Source: Isurus oxyrinchus (lineage: Eukaryota). Taken from it: a stretch of 64,000 bases of DNA. Position numbers and translations under genes: made by a program. The notes beneath the pieces are model-generated. The model made no database searches, had not been told where the DNA came from, and saw only the letters and a list, made by a program, of their open reading frames with translations. The DNA lies in assembly GCA_026770705.1 (NCBI GenBank), contig JANJGN010000029.1, positions 22,816,001 through 22,880,000 on the forward strand. The letters run 5' to 3'. Positions 1 through 12,613 of this stretch are shown here, piece after piece (the stretch's first letter is position 1; each line of letters begins with the position of its first letter).

Positions 1-600
1 TCTTACTGCAATTATATAGGGCCCTGGTGAGACCACACCTGGAGCATTGTGTGCAGTTTTGGTTTCTGACCTAAGGAAGTATATACTTGTCATAGAGAGA
101 GTGCAGGGAAGGTTCACCAGGCTGATTCCTTGGATGGTAGGACTGTCCAGTGAGGAGAGATTGAGGAGACTGGGCCTGTATTCTTTAGAGTTTAGAAGAA
201 TGAGAGGTGAGCTCATTCAAACATACAAAATTCTTACAGGGCTCGACAGGGTAGATGCAGGAAGGATGTTTCCCCACGGTGGGGGGCGGCATCTAGAACC
301 AGGGACACAGTTTCAGAATAAGGAATAGGCCGTTTAGGACTGAGATGGGGAGAAATTTCTTCACTCAGAGGGTGGTGAATCTTTGGACTTCTCTATCTCA
401 GGGGGCTATAGAAGCTCAGTCATTGAGTATGTTCAGGACAGGGATCAACAGATTTTTAGATACTAGAGGCATCAAGGGATATGGGGATAGTGCGGGAAAA
501 TGGAATTGAGGTAGATTAGCCACGGATGTAGTTGAATTGTGGAGCAGACTTGAAGGGCTGTATGGCCTCTTCCTGCTCCTCTTTCCTGTGTCCCTATGTT
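1..600 (+). mobile_element. CR1 LINE 3' end (RT C-terminus and 3' tail), degenerate
   Basis: Reads LYRALVRPHLEHCVQFW...ERVQGRFTRLIP...RLRRLGLYSLEFRRMRGELIQTYKIL, followed by the typical CR1 tail ending cttcctgctcct...ctatgtt. Confidence 0.9.
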
Positions 601-1160
601 TGGATAAAGTAGATAAAAGAAAAATTGTTACAATTAGCTGATACACTGGGGCTAGGAGGTACAGATTTAAGGTTTGGGGCACAGATAGGAGGGGAGGGCA
701 TACGAGGAAGAACGCTTTAAGCCCTGAGTGGTAATTGTCAATTGAATAATTTAAGAGTAAGGATAAACAGGCGGAGGGCATTCATTACTTTAGCACTTAT
801 GAAGAGGTACTTATGGGCGTTGGGGTAGTGAATTGGGTGAGACCATAAGACAAGTAAGAACATAGATGCTTGAAATTACAAGAGCAAAAAAAAGAACTCT
901 TAAAAAGTGACATCAAGAAAGGAAAATGTCAGCATTTGATCAGAACTGAAAACCTACAAAGATCTCATCCGGAGGGCAGCAAAAAGAGGGGTCGACCTGG
1001 GGGGGTAGTTGGATGACGGATGTCAGAGAGTGGTTGCAGACAAGCTACAGTGGATGTGTGAGCGTGTTGCATACCGTAAGAGCAGATCTCCTGGTAGGAG
1101 TGGCTACACACAGCAGGTGAGAATTTGGAACTAGATATCACAAGGAGCGGTTGAAGCGTA

Positions 1161-1550
1161 CGGTGGTATAGTTAGGTTACTGGATTAGTAATCCCTGGGC
1201 CTGGACTAATAATTCAGTCAAGTGAGCTAAAATTCCAACATGGCTGCTGGAGAATTTAAATTCAATCAAATAAATCTGGAATATATAATTAGTATCAGCA
1301 AAGATGTCCATGAAATTAGTGTATTGTAAAAAATAAACCCCATCAGGTTCACTAACGTCCTTCAGGAAAGAAAAACTCTTGGTCTGAATCCACGGGACTC
1401 TAGTCCCCTGCCAACATAGTTGACATTTAACTTCCCTCTGAAGGAGGCCTAGCAAGTCACTTAGTAACATCAAACCATTACTCAGGGCACCTAAAAAGGA
1501 GCAATAAATTCTGGCCTAGCCAGCGAACCTCACATTTGGAGAATTAAAAA
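1161..1550 (+). mobile_element. tRNA-headed SINE, family A (3' tail shared with a LINE in this window)
   Basis: Similar to copies at 51405-51775(-), 46800-47005(-) and 3735-3905(+). Tail reads gggcacctaaaaggagcaataaattctggcctagccagcga. Confidence 0.7.
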
Positions 1551-2454
1551 TAAATTAGCCTTGGTTGTAACTGGTTCAGTTAGCCAGCTGTATTTTTCTG
1601 TGCTGGTAACAGTTGGCTGATTCTCCAAATTGGTTGAAGATTTGTTTTGGGTTTCCTCAGCAAATAAATGCAACAAAGCTGTTTGGCACAGAACCAGGAC
1701 AATCCAGGTGGGTGATGAGATGGCTGAGATTAATGGGGCCAGCGTTGCAATTAGCAGTAAGTGTCTTGGGCCAAGGAGAGAATGTTCTACCACCTCTGAC
1801 TGCTACTGAGTGATCCCTTGCTGGAAAGTACATTTGTGTGAATATCCAGTGTTGTCCCAACAGTTGAATTGTCTGCCTGTGCTCATACACAGAACATGAT
1901 GGCCTGCTACACCATAAGCCAGCATGTTTGAGGGTATGATGTAAAATAATTAGCACTTCCACAGATGTTTGGAATTTATTGCAAGCATTAATTAGTGTAT
2001 TTATGCACAGAATATAGTCATGTTAATATATGCTGGTAGCTATGCACCATCTTGTTTAACAGTTTTTTAAAAATGTTGAAATAGATGAACATTTACTCAA
2101 ATGGAAATTGCTCTAGGCAGTAAAACGTATAACCTGTGCCACCTAATGGGCTGTGATAGTAATGCATGTGTTCAGAACAATCCAGTCCTTGCAGGAATGC
2201 AACACCAGATTGATCATGCAATACATGTGCGCTTTCATTTACCAATGTTCCTTCCTCTCTCTCCCTCTCGGGTACTGTTTAATAGGTACTCGTCATTCTA
2301 TGGTAGAGGTCATTGTTTATGTGCAAGCCCTGGCAGTAACTATCAACAGACTTTTTGACTACAAGGGCATCATTTTAAAAAAAAAATTCATGGAACATGA
2401 GCATCATCGAATATGAGTATCATCGAAAAGGCCAGCCTTGTTGCCTGTTCCTGC

Positions 2455-2645
2455 ACACCCATCTGTAATTTCCCATGAGACGTTGGTGATGAGCCATTAC
2501 TTTGAACTGTGTCGAGAGGGAGTTCCAGGACGCGGCTACAGTGAAGGAAAGATAATATGTTTCCAAGTCAGGATGGTGGGTGGCTTGGAGAGGAACTTGC
2601 AGGTGCTGGTGGCGTTCCCACACAGCCCTTGACTTTCTAGGTGGT
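2455..2645 (-). mobile_element. LINE family B 3' fragment
   Basis: Matches the 3' region of the copy at 53836-54371 (caagtc...accatcctgacttggaa, ggaactccct). Confidence 0.7.
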
Positions 2646-4048
2646 TGAGCCTAGATTGTTATTCGGACCATGACACCTGGCTGATTTTCCCCTCGCTCCT
2701 TACTAGTGGCAAGATAAAGGAAGTAATTTTTTTTTTTAAAAATAACAGATCACCCACATTGTGGTAAATGCACATGCTGGAGCCAGGTTTGGACTGTTCA
2801 AAATTCCCTGTCGCTTCCAGGAGCATTGGAAGCGATTGTAAAATCTAAATTGCTGCCCCTTGATCAGCTAACTCAGCACCGGGAATCTAACTGAGACCTT
2901 CTGGTCAGTACAACTGAGTTAAAACAGCTGAGATATCAGAGGTACCTGCTGCTTATTATGAAACATCTAAGAAAAAAAAAACTATTACCCTCTAATTTCT
3001 GTAAACTTAAGTGGAAATGAACACATTTACAAGGATTAATTATACCCTTGCGTGGTTACGCTCCAGTTAATTTCCAGTGCTTACTGAAACATGCAATGAT
3101 TCAGAAGTCAAATTAAAAGGGATAAAAACAATCTAAATGGAATTATAGTTTTGACATGTTGCTTAAAATAGCTAGTTGCCTCAGTTGCATTTCCATGGAA
3201 CTTAAAACCAGGTTGGACCAGTTACAAAATGCGTTTTTCTTCTGGGCGTTTTGAGTTCTGTTTAATGAGCAATGATGGCTGTTTAGCATTTTAATTTTCA
3301 CCACTATCATTATCCTTACAGACCCGGGGAAGCAGTTTGGCAGGTGTAGACTCAAGCAGGGATGCAGGTACCGGTTACAGGCACCAGTCTCCCTCCGTTA
3401 CAAATAGCCCAGAATGCTGCCTGATTGGCACAAAAGGCTTCAATCTTCCCCGGAGCACGTGGACAATCCTAAGTGGCATATAGATTGGACATGGCCAGCT
3501 TGGCCACCTGATGTACAATTAGCACCTCAAAACTTCGGCTGGATGAGACTGGGGTAACCTGGGCCAAACCATGGAGCACATAACATCTTGCCCTCCTGAC
3601 TCAAGTTCGAGGGTGACATCCCAAAGTTTGACCTGCTCTCCAGTAGGGGACTGGGCTGGTTAGGGAACTTGACATTAAAACTGTGATGACAGCTTCTATT
3701 CCTAAAGCCATACAAAAGAAAGAAAGCAGCACTCAGACCTATTCACAAATATCCTTCAGGGAAGGGAGTCTACTACCCCCAGCAAGCCATTCACACCATA
3801 TAGATATCTGATGGGGGTCCAACGTTGACATCAAGGCAACTGGAGACAGGCAATATTTGTTTGACCTTGCTAGCGATGCCCTCATTCAGAGAGCAAATTA
3901 AGAAAAACAGTGACCGCCAAATGACACAGCATGATGATAAATAGTCCATAAACGTTTTTGTTACAAAGTAAAAACAGGATGCAATTAAATAAATACAAAT
4001 TAGAAAGCACAAAAAATGTCTCAGTCAGAAGGGAATGTCTACTCCACT

Positions 4049-4054
4049 TTTATT
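4049..4054 (-). terminator. Candidate polyadenylation signal of DR1
   Basis: AATAAA on the minus strand about 400 nt after the DR1 stop, in AT-rich 3'UTR-like sequence. Confidence 0.4.
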
Positions 4055-4451
4055 ATCATTACTGTAAACAAGGCAACTTAGTCTTCAATTACCGAACACA
4101 TTAATAAAACCCACAAAATATATGTTCAACAGGAACTTTTATCTGTTTAACACTTTACTCCAATTAACCAAAATCTTAAGTATATAAAAATCCATTTTAT
4201 GGTCTGAAAGTCCATGCATGTACAGTCCTGCTCAGGCCATCCAGCAAATTCAAATGCACAATATCGTGTTTTTTTTTTCCCTGTTTTAGGCTAGTCTGTT
4301 TAAAATTTTGCCACCGACTCTTCAGTTTCCAGCCATCGACTCAAGGCAGGTGCCAACCGATGACCACCCGCACCGCCATTGTGGGACGCGGCAGAACGTG
4401 AGTAGATGGGAGCAGTTTAGAAAAGGGGAGCGAGACGTCCCGAGCGACACC

Positions 4452-4589
4452 TTAGGTGTCCTCCTCCTCTTCCTCGTCCTGTGAGGAGCCAGCCTTGTTA
4501 GCGCTCGCCGCTGCAAGCTGTGCCTGCTGGGCTGCTTGTTGCATCTGTAGCCACTCCTGCTGCGCCAGTTCCGCCTGCTGCTGTCGAGC
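4452..4589 (-). CDS. DR1: DR1 / NC2-beta, last coding exon (ARQQQAELAQQEWLQMQQAAQQAQLAAASANKAGSSQDEEEEDT*)
   Basis: Acceptor ttcccctcag at 4590-4599, phase 0. Encodes the QA-rich repression domain and acidic tail of DR1. TAA at 4454-4452. Confidence 0.95.
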   Translation of the reverse strand, partial: ARQQQAELAQQEWLQMQQAAQQAQLAAASANKAGSSQDEEEEEDT

Positions 4590-5093
4590 CTGAGGGGAAA
4601 GTGACAAAGTCAGTTGTTCAAATCAGATCTCTCTTGCTTGTGGGGCTGGGGTGTGGGGATCTTAGGTGGGGTGAGAGGGAGAAAGTGCACTATATACAGG
4701 TTCTGCATCCTTCGGGTTAGGGAAAGTGAAGAAAAATTGATTCAGGTTCCCACTCCAGCATGTGTCCAGACTGGGTTAAGTTTGCCTGGTGATACCTGCC
4801 CATGGTTGAGGCTCGCTGATACAATTGAGATCTCTGCACAGACATTAGGGACTGAGACGATATATCAGAAAGCTTGATAATGTGTAATCCTACAACTCCT
4901 ACTAGGTGACAATGCTTTCAGGATGGGAAGGGAGAAGCAGCCGCCTTGCATCTTGGTCTAGTATGCATATCTATGAATTCAATTACTTCACCCAATTTTC
5001 TCCCCCTCTTCGGGTGGCATCGATTCTTGTGGAGATTAAGTTTCACTGCCACTGAGCACTCTGGTACCTCATCCAAGTGATACTCTTAAAAGG

Positions 5094-5440
5094 TGTCAAC
5101 CACGGTTCAGTGGGTAGCATTCTTGCTTCAGTCAGAGGCTCATTCCGTAGACCTGCACACAAAATCTAGGCCGACAGTGTAGTGCAGTGCTGAGCAAGGT
5201 ACACTCTTTCAGACACAGCATTATTTTGAATAGCAGTGGAGTTGTCTCTGGTGTTTTCGGATAACATTTGTCCCTAAACATCAGACCACCTGGTCCTCAT
5301 TTTATTGTTGTTTGTGGGAGCTTGCTGCGCTCAATTTGGTTGTCGCATTTCCTACATTACAACAATGACTTCAAATGTACTTAATTGGCTGTAAAGCACT
5401 TTGGGACATTCTGAGGACTGGAAAAGATGCAACAGAAATA
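5094..5440 (+). mobile_element. DeuSINE (SacSINE1/AmnSINE-like), degenerate
   Basis: tRNA-like head ggttcagtgggtagca and body tttgtgggagcttgctg...ggctgtaaagcactttgggac, shared with copies at 11540, 24005, 31685 and 58030. Confidence 0.7.
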
Positions 5441-5599
5441 TTTAGTTTTTGATCTTTAAACAGCCCAATTGACTCAATCTGATTCCATCCTCATCCCAAA
5501 TCCACTTTCCATTCAATTTCACTGACTGGTGAAGAAGGACAATAACTGAAGGATTTTCTCTCGGATTATGGGCCAAATGCAGGATCCTTGCAGTGATCT

Positions 5600-5880
5600 C
5601 TGCACTCGTCCACTGCTGGTCTCTTGCACATCCTCAATTTTCTTGCTCTACCATTGGCAGCTGCACATTCAGCGATCTAAGCCCAAAATGCTACGGATTC
5701 TTTACTAAACCTCTCCCTCCTCCTTTAAGATTCTGCTTAAAACATCTCTTTGACCAAGCTTTTTGGTCACCCATTCTAATATATTATGTGGCTCGGTGTC
5801 AAATATCAGATAATGCCCCTGTGAAGCGTGTTGGGATGTTTAATTGTTAAGGAAACTTTATAAATGGAAGCTGTTGCTTA
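5600..5880 (+). mobile_element. L2 LINE 3' fragment
   Basis: accattggcagctgcacattcagc...ctctttgaccaagctttt...gtgaagcgtgttgggatgtt, shared with the L2 copies at 15260, 24350 and 60150. Confidence 0.65.
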
Positions 5881-5929
5881 GTATAGACTAGGGATCAAAG
5901 TTGCATCTGTGAATCACCTTGCAATACAG

Positions 5930-6150
5930 GTACACCCACAGCCATTGGCCAAAGAGAGTTGTGGGGGCTAGATAACAAAGTATTTAAAGAGGGGGTAGAT
6001 ATAGTTTTGAAATAACAGAGTTGAGGGCTATGAAGAGCTGGCATGAAAGAAGAGTTGAGGCCTGGGGCAGATCAGCCATGATCTTATTGAATGGCATGGC
6101 AGACCTGAGGGGCCGAATGGCCTACTCCTGCTCCTATTTCTCATGTTCTA
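5930..6150 (+). mobile_element. CR1 3' tail fragment
   Basis: Ends gatcagccatgatcttattgaatggc...ggccgaatggcctactcctgctcctatttctcatgttc. Confidence 0.8.
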
Positions 6151-8145
6151 AATTCTTTTAACCTATAATCAAGAGGCATTCACCCAGACTAAAGCTGCAT
6201 AATTACCAATACTCCTAGCCAGTTGCTGGGAACTCAGATGAGTCATTAGGAAGCTTCTCAAAGATCTGGAACAGATTGGAAAAATTGAAGGTCTGTCCCA
6301 TGGCTGAGTAAAGCTCCACTTTGGTACTGCATCCAAGAATGACAATTTAACCTCAATGACAGTGCAATTTCCCGAAGAGCAACATATCATGCAAAAGGAA
6401 GCTGAACTTAATTCGAGGGGATTTGTGTGGAGTGCACTGGTCAGAGAACGCTGCTGAAATTCCTTTACATCAGAGTAGGATCTAACTTTCACAATTCCAA
6501 CTAGCAGAGAAGCTCAACTTACAAACTTGCTGCACCGAGAGGGACATGTTGGTTTGCAAGCTCCTCGTTATAGTTTACAGTGAATAAATTCACTGTGGAG
6601 CCAGGCCACACAGACCAACAAGGTCCCACATTTAATCCCCAGTCTGTGCTAACTCTGCTGATCCCAGCAGGATTTTAGGTTGGAGCACGACAAATTCTCT
6701 TTGCAGATTCACCCAGCAGCTCCTCATCATTGTTAATATTGCCTACTGGGAAGTATACAAATGTGTGGGCAGTCAGATGGCCTGCTGACACTCACTGTCT
6801 GCCTTGTGCTATCACTACTTCCAGCCTTAAAGTCAAAATGCTCTCCTTGCCAGCTTCCAAAAAGTAACATCCAATCAAAAGTGCTATGATGCAAGCTGCA
6901 CTCTTGTCCTTGCAATGCTTCCACGGCTTCTTTGACCCCAACAGATCGATTACAAGACCATGTCCAACTCCCTTCATGGTCTCGCTTGAGGCTACCACTT
7001 CCGTCTTCTCCAGCCACATGTCCCTGTACAAACCCTCTGCTCCTCTGACACCATCTACTGCATGTTCCCTGTTCTCTTTATTTTATACATCCTGCATTTG
7101 ATGTTATTAAGGGGAAGCTGGATAACTACATGAGGAAGAAAGGAAATTGTTGATAGGGTGAGAAGAAGCAAGGAGGGGAGAAGGCTCACATGGAACATAA
7201 CACCGACCGAGGCCAGTTGGGTCGAATGGCCCATTTCTACGTACATTCTTTGTCAACCCATATTCTGGTACTTCCTTCCAAAATTCCTCTGCCTTACTGT
7301 TTCCCTTTCTGTTTTAAAAAGCTGCATTTATTTTGATCATTTGTTGGCTCTCCCAGCGCCAGCTCATTTTCCTGTTCTCTGTCCCCCCTCCTCGTTCACT
7401 CAGCATCTGGCTGTAATATTTGGATGCTGTCCTGTTCATTTGTGGTATTAGAGAAATGGCTGTTGTTGGCTGGACTGCAGACAGGTGCCTAAAAGCAGGT
7501 CACCTTAGCAGAGGCTTAACTGGGAAATGGTGTGCAGCACATTCATCTAAAATGTGAAAGAAATAAATATACCAAATTTGTTTTACAATTTTCTTTTGGA
7601 AAAAGGCACAAAATCATTTAGAAAAAAGTCTGACCCAGTTTCTAGTACCATCAGCACAGCTAACACCTCTTATGATGGCAGATGCACTGTTGTCTAACAG
7701 TATGGTTATGTGGTCATTTGAATAACATGGAAGAAAGCAACAGTTTGTGGTGTTGATAACGGCTTGTAGACTCCAGAGAGTCTGGCTGCTAAATTGTAAA
7801 TAGAGTTATAGGAAAACTGTATTCAGAATAGTGGCCACAATCAGAATACAGGGTGTCATTGTTTGGGTGCCTTCCAGAATTTGTTATAGTGTTTAACATT
7901 TTATAGTTTTGCATTTCAGGTATTGAGAAGAAATATTCACTGATTTGCTGGACTGCTATGGCTTTCACACTTCCTCAAAAAAGCCCTTTATGATGGGCAG
8001 TTTCCAACGACAACCAAGGCGAGGAATCCAGATGAATTGTGCACAATACCTCATGTGTCAGTTTTGTTGCATGACAAGAGAAATAAAGAACTATTGATTA
8101 AAGATCACCAAGCTCAGATTTTAATGTACGAGAACAAGTGTGGGT

Positions 8146-8166
8146 GGGGGGGGGGGGGGGGGGGGG
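8146..8166 (+). repeat. G21 homopolymer in the last DR1 intron
   Basis: Run of 21 G. Confidence 0.9.
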
Positions 8167-8256
8167 TGTCAAAAGCTCCAGTTTGAGGAGCTGGGGGTGA
8201 CTTAAAAGGAGAAATAAAACAATACATTTCAAAAAATACTGAGCAACTTTCCTTAC

Positions 8257-8420
8257 TTTTGCAAACAACTCTTGCTGCTGGCGTAGCAGTTCTTCTTCTG
8301 GTATCCCGAGGTTTTCCAAGCGAGAGCTGGCCTTCCTCCTTTCCAGGGCGACTGTCTTGCATTCCCGCAGAACCTCCTTTACTTCAGTTATGTATGATCC
8401 AAAGCCTAGACTTTCCAAGG
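8257..8420 (-). CDS. DR1: DR1 / NC2-beta, middle coding exon (ALESLGFGSYITEVKEVLRECKTVALERRKASSRLENLGIPEEELLRQQQELFAK)
   Basis: Acceptor tgtactgcag, donor AAA|gtaagg. 164 nt, phases 1/0, lies inside ORF 8098..8466. Confidence 0.96.
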
Positions 8421-10784
8421 CTGCAGTACAAGGTAACACAGAAAAAGAAGCTTTTAACATTCTCATGGCTACTCAAAAGCTTTTTTGTGGGGCATTAATT
8501 TACACTTGACAGCCTGACTTCAAAATCTTTTCATATCCACGTTGAAGATTCATGTTAAATGGAGAACTAGTTCTGTTCTGTTTCATTTCAGATTCATCTC
8601 ATTCACTGCCTCTTAAGTATTTTGCCTCTCCCGGATATGGACTTCAGCTTTGGTAATGTCAGCTATCTGCAGTATCTCACCCATGTGGCCATTTTAGATC
8701 TGCTACTTAAGAATGTCGACGTAGCATGCTGAGGGCAGTACAGCCAGGCCATATCCTATCCTCACTCAATAGCGACGCAGTCAGGAGGAGTCACCAAATA
8801 GTGATCTGGAGTGAGAACCATGGCTGATCCTTTTATATCTCCTTAGCTTGGGGACACTTAGTCTAACTTCAGTATCTCTCCTACTGTGCCCTGCCCACAA
8901 AATTGTGTGGAGACAGGTTTTCCACGGGGAGCCACAGAACAGTTAAAAGGCAGATGAGATCTTCACTTTTCCTACCTCAGCCATGCAGCCTTTGGACAGT
9001 ACTAGGTGAGTTCACTTTCTAACCTCAGAAAAGCAGAGGGGGAGAAACCCGAGGTGGAAGTTTGACAGCTCGATCCCTGATGCCTGTGCAACTTGACAGA
9101 TAGAAATTAACTTCGTCAAAAGACCCCTCACAAACTTCCGAGTTTCAAGATTCAGCGTAAACACTCATCTTAATTGTGTGTCAAATATTAACTAGCTTTG
9201 CTGAGCGTCAGATATTAGCCCATTTACAGATCACATTCTGTAATATGACTGATCCAATCTCAAGGTATTTAAGCTAAGCAGGCAACAATTCTTTCCGTTT
9301 GTTCTGGCCATGTCAAACAGTCTTCCCCATACCGAGGGATGCTCAGGGCAATCGTAATCTCCTCTACAACTTGGCACAATCTGGTACTTAACTGCTCTGA
9401 ATTGCTCATTGAATCGAAGCCCAGTGAACCATTTGACAAAATATAATCCAATATTCCAAGATGGGGACGCCACGAGACATGCAACTCTGAAGAGGTTTGC
9501 TTTTCAATACAATTAACTGAAGACATTACTGACTGACACATACAATGGAATGAGTACATCTGTGTCACCCATTTTAAACCACACGCCAGGCAAATATCCA
9601 AGTCAAGCCCTATCTTATGTGGACTTACACCCAAGACTGGTATTGACACAGACTTGGCAACATGTTGTTGACCTATTTGCCACAGGTCACAAGGGTATCA
9701 ATAAGAAGGAACTCACCTGCCCTGGCTCCTTGGGAGAGCAGTTGTTCTTAGTCCTACACTCACAGTTTTTTGCCCATAACCTTGTAAATTCCTGTAAGTA
9801 CCTATCCAACTCCCTTTTAAAATTATTGATGGAATCAACTTCCACATCTTTTTAGATGGGCATTCCAGATCCCGACAACTCAAATGAAATGATTTCTCCT
9901 CATCTCCCCTTTAGACCTGCTTCCAATGAGTTTATCATGCACTCAGTGTGAACGACTGCTCGAAGATCAACAACTTTATTCCTATAATGTAAAGGTGTCG
10001 AGGTAGATGATCAGCCATGGTCCAGTTAAATGGTGCAGCAGGCTAGAGGGGCCAAATGGCCTACTCCTGCTCTTATTTCCTATGTTCCTAAAGGATCTGA
10101 CAACACTTGAAGGGAGGAGTGGCAGAATGCTGGAGGTAGGTGGGAGTGAGAAACTCTTTGTTAAGGCCTGGGAATAGCTCATCTGTACACAGCATGTGTA
10201 CAGACCAAGACGACACAAATAGATAAAGCAAAATTAAAAGCTGCAGAATTTGGCCTAAATATAAAGGGTTATTAGAATTCAGGATTGTTCTTTGGTCATG
10301 GTATGTCACTCAAGCTTTTGGGCAGGACGATAAAGAAAAGTCCACAATAACTTGGTCAGGATTATTGATTTTAGTCACCATCAGCACTGGTGGCTTGGCA
10401 GCACCACAGGTCCCAACTCATAGGGTGTGCTATCCAAAACACTTCTGGTTGCAATCACAATTATCAATATAATTCCAAAGGTGAATTTCCTGATTGAATG
10501 CAAGAATAAAAACCTTCTTACTGAGTGCAACAGTTCTTTACCACTGTAAAGGAAATACCACATGATAAAGCTCATGATTTACCATAAACTATAGTCATCA
10601 TTTGTAGACTAGAATTACAGCAGTGCTCAGAACTAAGAGAATTCCATTATAGTCATTTTAGAATCACAGGTTTGTGGGACTAACTAGATGTAGGGACAGT
10701 AAATAGTGCCAACCTCTCATGTATACATTATACAGTGTCACACTGAACAAAACAGTTTGATTTTCAGTCTCAGCCTTTCTTAAA

Positions 10785-11360
10785 TTTCATTCAGTGGATG
10801 TGGGCTTCACTGGCCAGGCCAGTGGGGCTGAGGGTGCCCTTGTGAAGGTGGTAGTGAGCTGCCTTCTTGAACTATCCACATGGTGTAGGTATACCGACAG
10901 TGCTGTTAGGGAGGGAATTCCAGGATTTTGGCCCGGGTAACAGTGAATGAACGGCGATGTATTTCCAAGTGAGGATGGTGAGTGACTTGGAGGGGAACTT
11001 CCAGGGGGTGGTGTTCCCATGTGTCTGCTGCCCTTGTCCTTCTAGATGGTAGTGGTTGTGGGTTTGGAAGGTGCTGCCTAAGGAGCCTTGGTGAATTCCT
11101 GCAGTGTATCTTGTAAATGGTACACACACTGCTGCTCCTGTGTGTTGACGGTGGAGGGAGTGAATGTTTGTGGGTGTGGTGCTAATCAAGTGTGCTTTGT
11201 CCTGGACAGTGTCAAGTTTTTCTTGAGCGTTGTGGGAGCTGCATTCATCTAGGCAAGTGGAGAGTATTCCACAACACTCCTGACCCGTGCCTTGTAGATA
11301 GTGACAGGCTTTGGGGAGTCAGGAAGTGAGTTACTCGTCCCAGGATTCCTAGCCTCTATT
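10785..11360 (-). mobile_element. LINE family B 3' part (RT C-terminus TIYKARVRSVVEYSPLA and tail)
   Basis: ORFs 11249..11476 and 10872..11189 are homologous to the copy at 53836-54371. Confidence 0.8.
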
Positions 11361-11539
11361 AGCTGATCTGAGCCAAGACAGTAGTAAGTGCAATATAACT
11401 GGACCCTTGGGAGCACATCCTGGCTTCCTACCAGAATGAGTATGTGGATGTTGGCTAGGATCATCAAGTTTGTCAAATTGTCACTTCAATAGCCTCCTGT
11501 ACCTTATTATCTAGCAACAAAGGAAAAAAGACATATGAG

Positions 11540-11930
11540 CTATGCAGTGCATGTGATGACATTTCAAAGTGTTTTTATAGCAAATGAAACACTTTTGAGC
11601 CTCAGTAGTCATTGCTGGAACATAGGAAACACAGCAACAAGTTTGCTCCCAGTGATGAAATAAATAATCAGATCTTCTATCCAGGTGTTGGTTGGGGGAT
11701 AAACATTGACCAGGAAACAAGGAAGAACTCTTCTGCAAATAGTGGCTGTGGGATCTTTTATGTCCACACAAGAGGACTTGGTCTAATGCCTCATCTGAAA
11801 GACGGCACCTCCCAGAGTGCAGCACTAGCCTCAGTGCTCAAACTATGGGCCAGCCTACATTAAGTGTCTGAAGTGTGACTTCAGTACACAGCCTTCTGAC
11901 TCAGAGGCTATGGTACTGAGCTACAGCTGA
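11540..11930 (-). mobile_element. DeuSINE copy
   Basis: Reverse complement of the family body (ctgtgggatctttta, cctcatctgaaagacggcacctc, ccttctgactcagaggc). Confidence 0.75.
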
Positions 11931-12055
11931 AGAATGGACATACAGGTGAGGTATCGGGGGCATAAATAATCAGTTAAAATCATAGGTCAGTTATCACCTG
12001 AAAGCAAGGAAAAACCGTTACTGCAATTCCACAATGGTTTCCTTAAATCACATAC

Positions 12056-12278
12056 CTTGCATGATATGTTCTGGTGAGATGGTTTTCTTATCAGATTTGT
12101 TGCAAATTTCATTAGCTTCAGAGGATATCAAATGAATAAATTCAGTGCAGCAGTTCACCACCATTTCCCTGGCATCATTCGCTACCCTGACATTTGGTAG
12201 AATCTGTTTGATAATCTTGTTGATGGCAGCTCTTGGAATAGTTAAGTCATCATCATTATTACCAGAAGCCGAGGCCAT
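12056..12278 (-). CDS. DR1: DR1 / NC2-beta, first coding exon (histone fold, MASASGNNDDDLTIPRAAINKIIKQILPNVRVANDAREMVVNCCTEFIHLISSEANEICNKSDKKTISPEHIMQ)
   Basis: ATG at 12278, donor CAAG|gtatg, phase 1. Exons sum to 223+164+138 = 525 nt, i.e. 174 aa plus stop. Confidence 0.96.
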
Positions 12279-12613
12279 AGTTCTTTATTTCATCTAAACT
12301 GGTATTAGAAGTTTTTTTAAAAAAAAGGCAATTTCTCCAAACAAGGTTGGCATGTGCCAAATCCACATAAAATTGATCTATTGAAACTGAACAGGATTTA
12401 ATCCGATAGGATTCCAGAACCAAAATATGGTGAACATTTGGTTTAGAGATTAATGAAGAAATATGATCTTGCCATCCTGGAGAAAAAGGCAAAAATATCA
12501 GATGTTAAAACATACTGATAGCTCCTCTGTGATAATTAATAAGAGAAATTGGCTACATTCTGACATGAAGAGAAGACTTCAGTGGAGTAAGTGGTAGATC
12601 CACATATGGGCGG

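Noticed and set aside
6733-7101. Overlapping ORFs in the last DR1 intron as a nested gene
   Set aside because: No recognisable domain and no convincing splice-site pair. More likely chance or a very old repeat remnant.
8098-8466. ORF extensions beyond the DR1 middle exon, including poly-Pro
   Set aside because: Intronic read-through. The poly-Pro comes from the G21 run.
4452-12278. DR1 copy as a processed pseudogene or retrocopy
   Set aside because: It has two coding introns at the positions expected for DR1, canonical splice sites and an intact frame.
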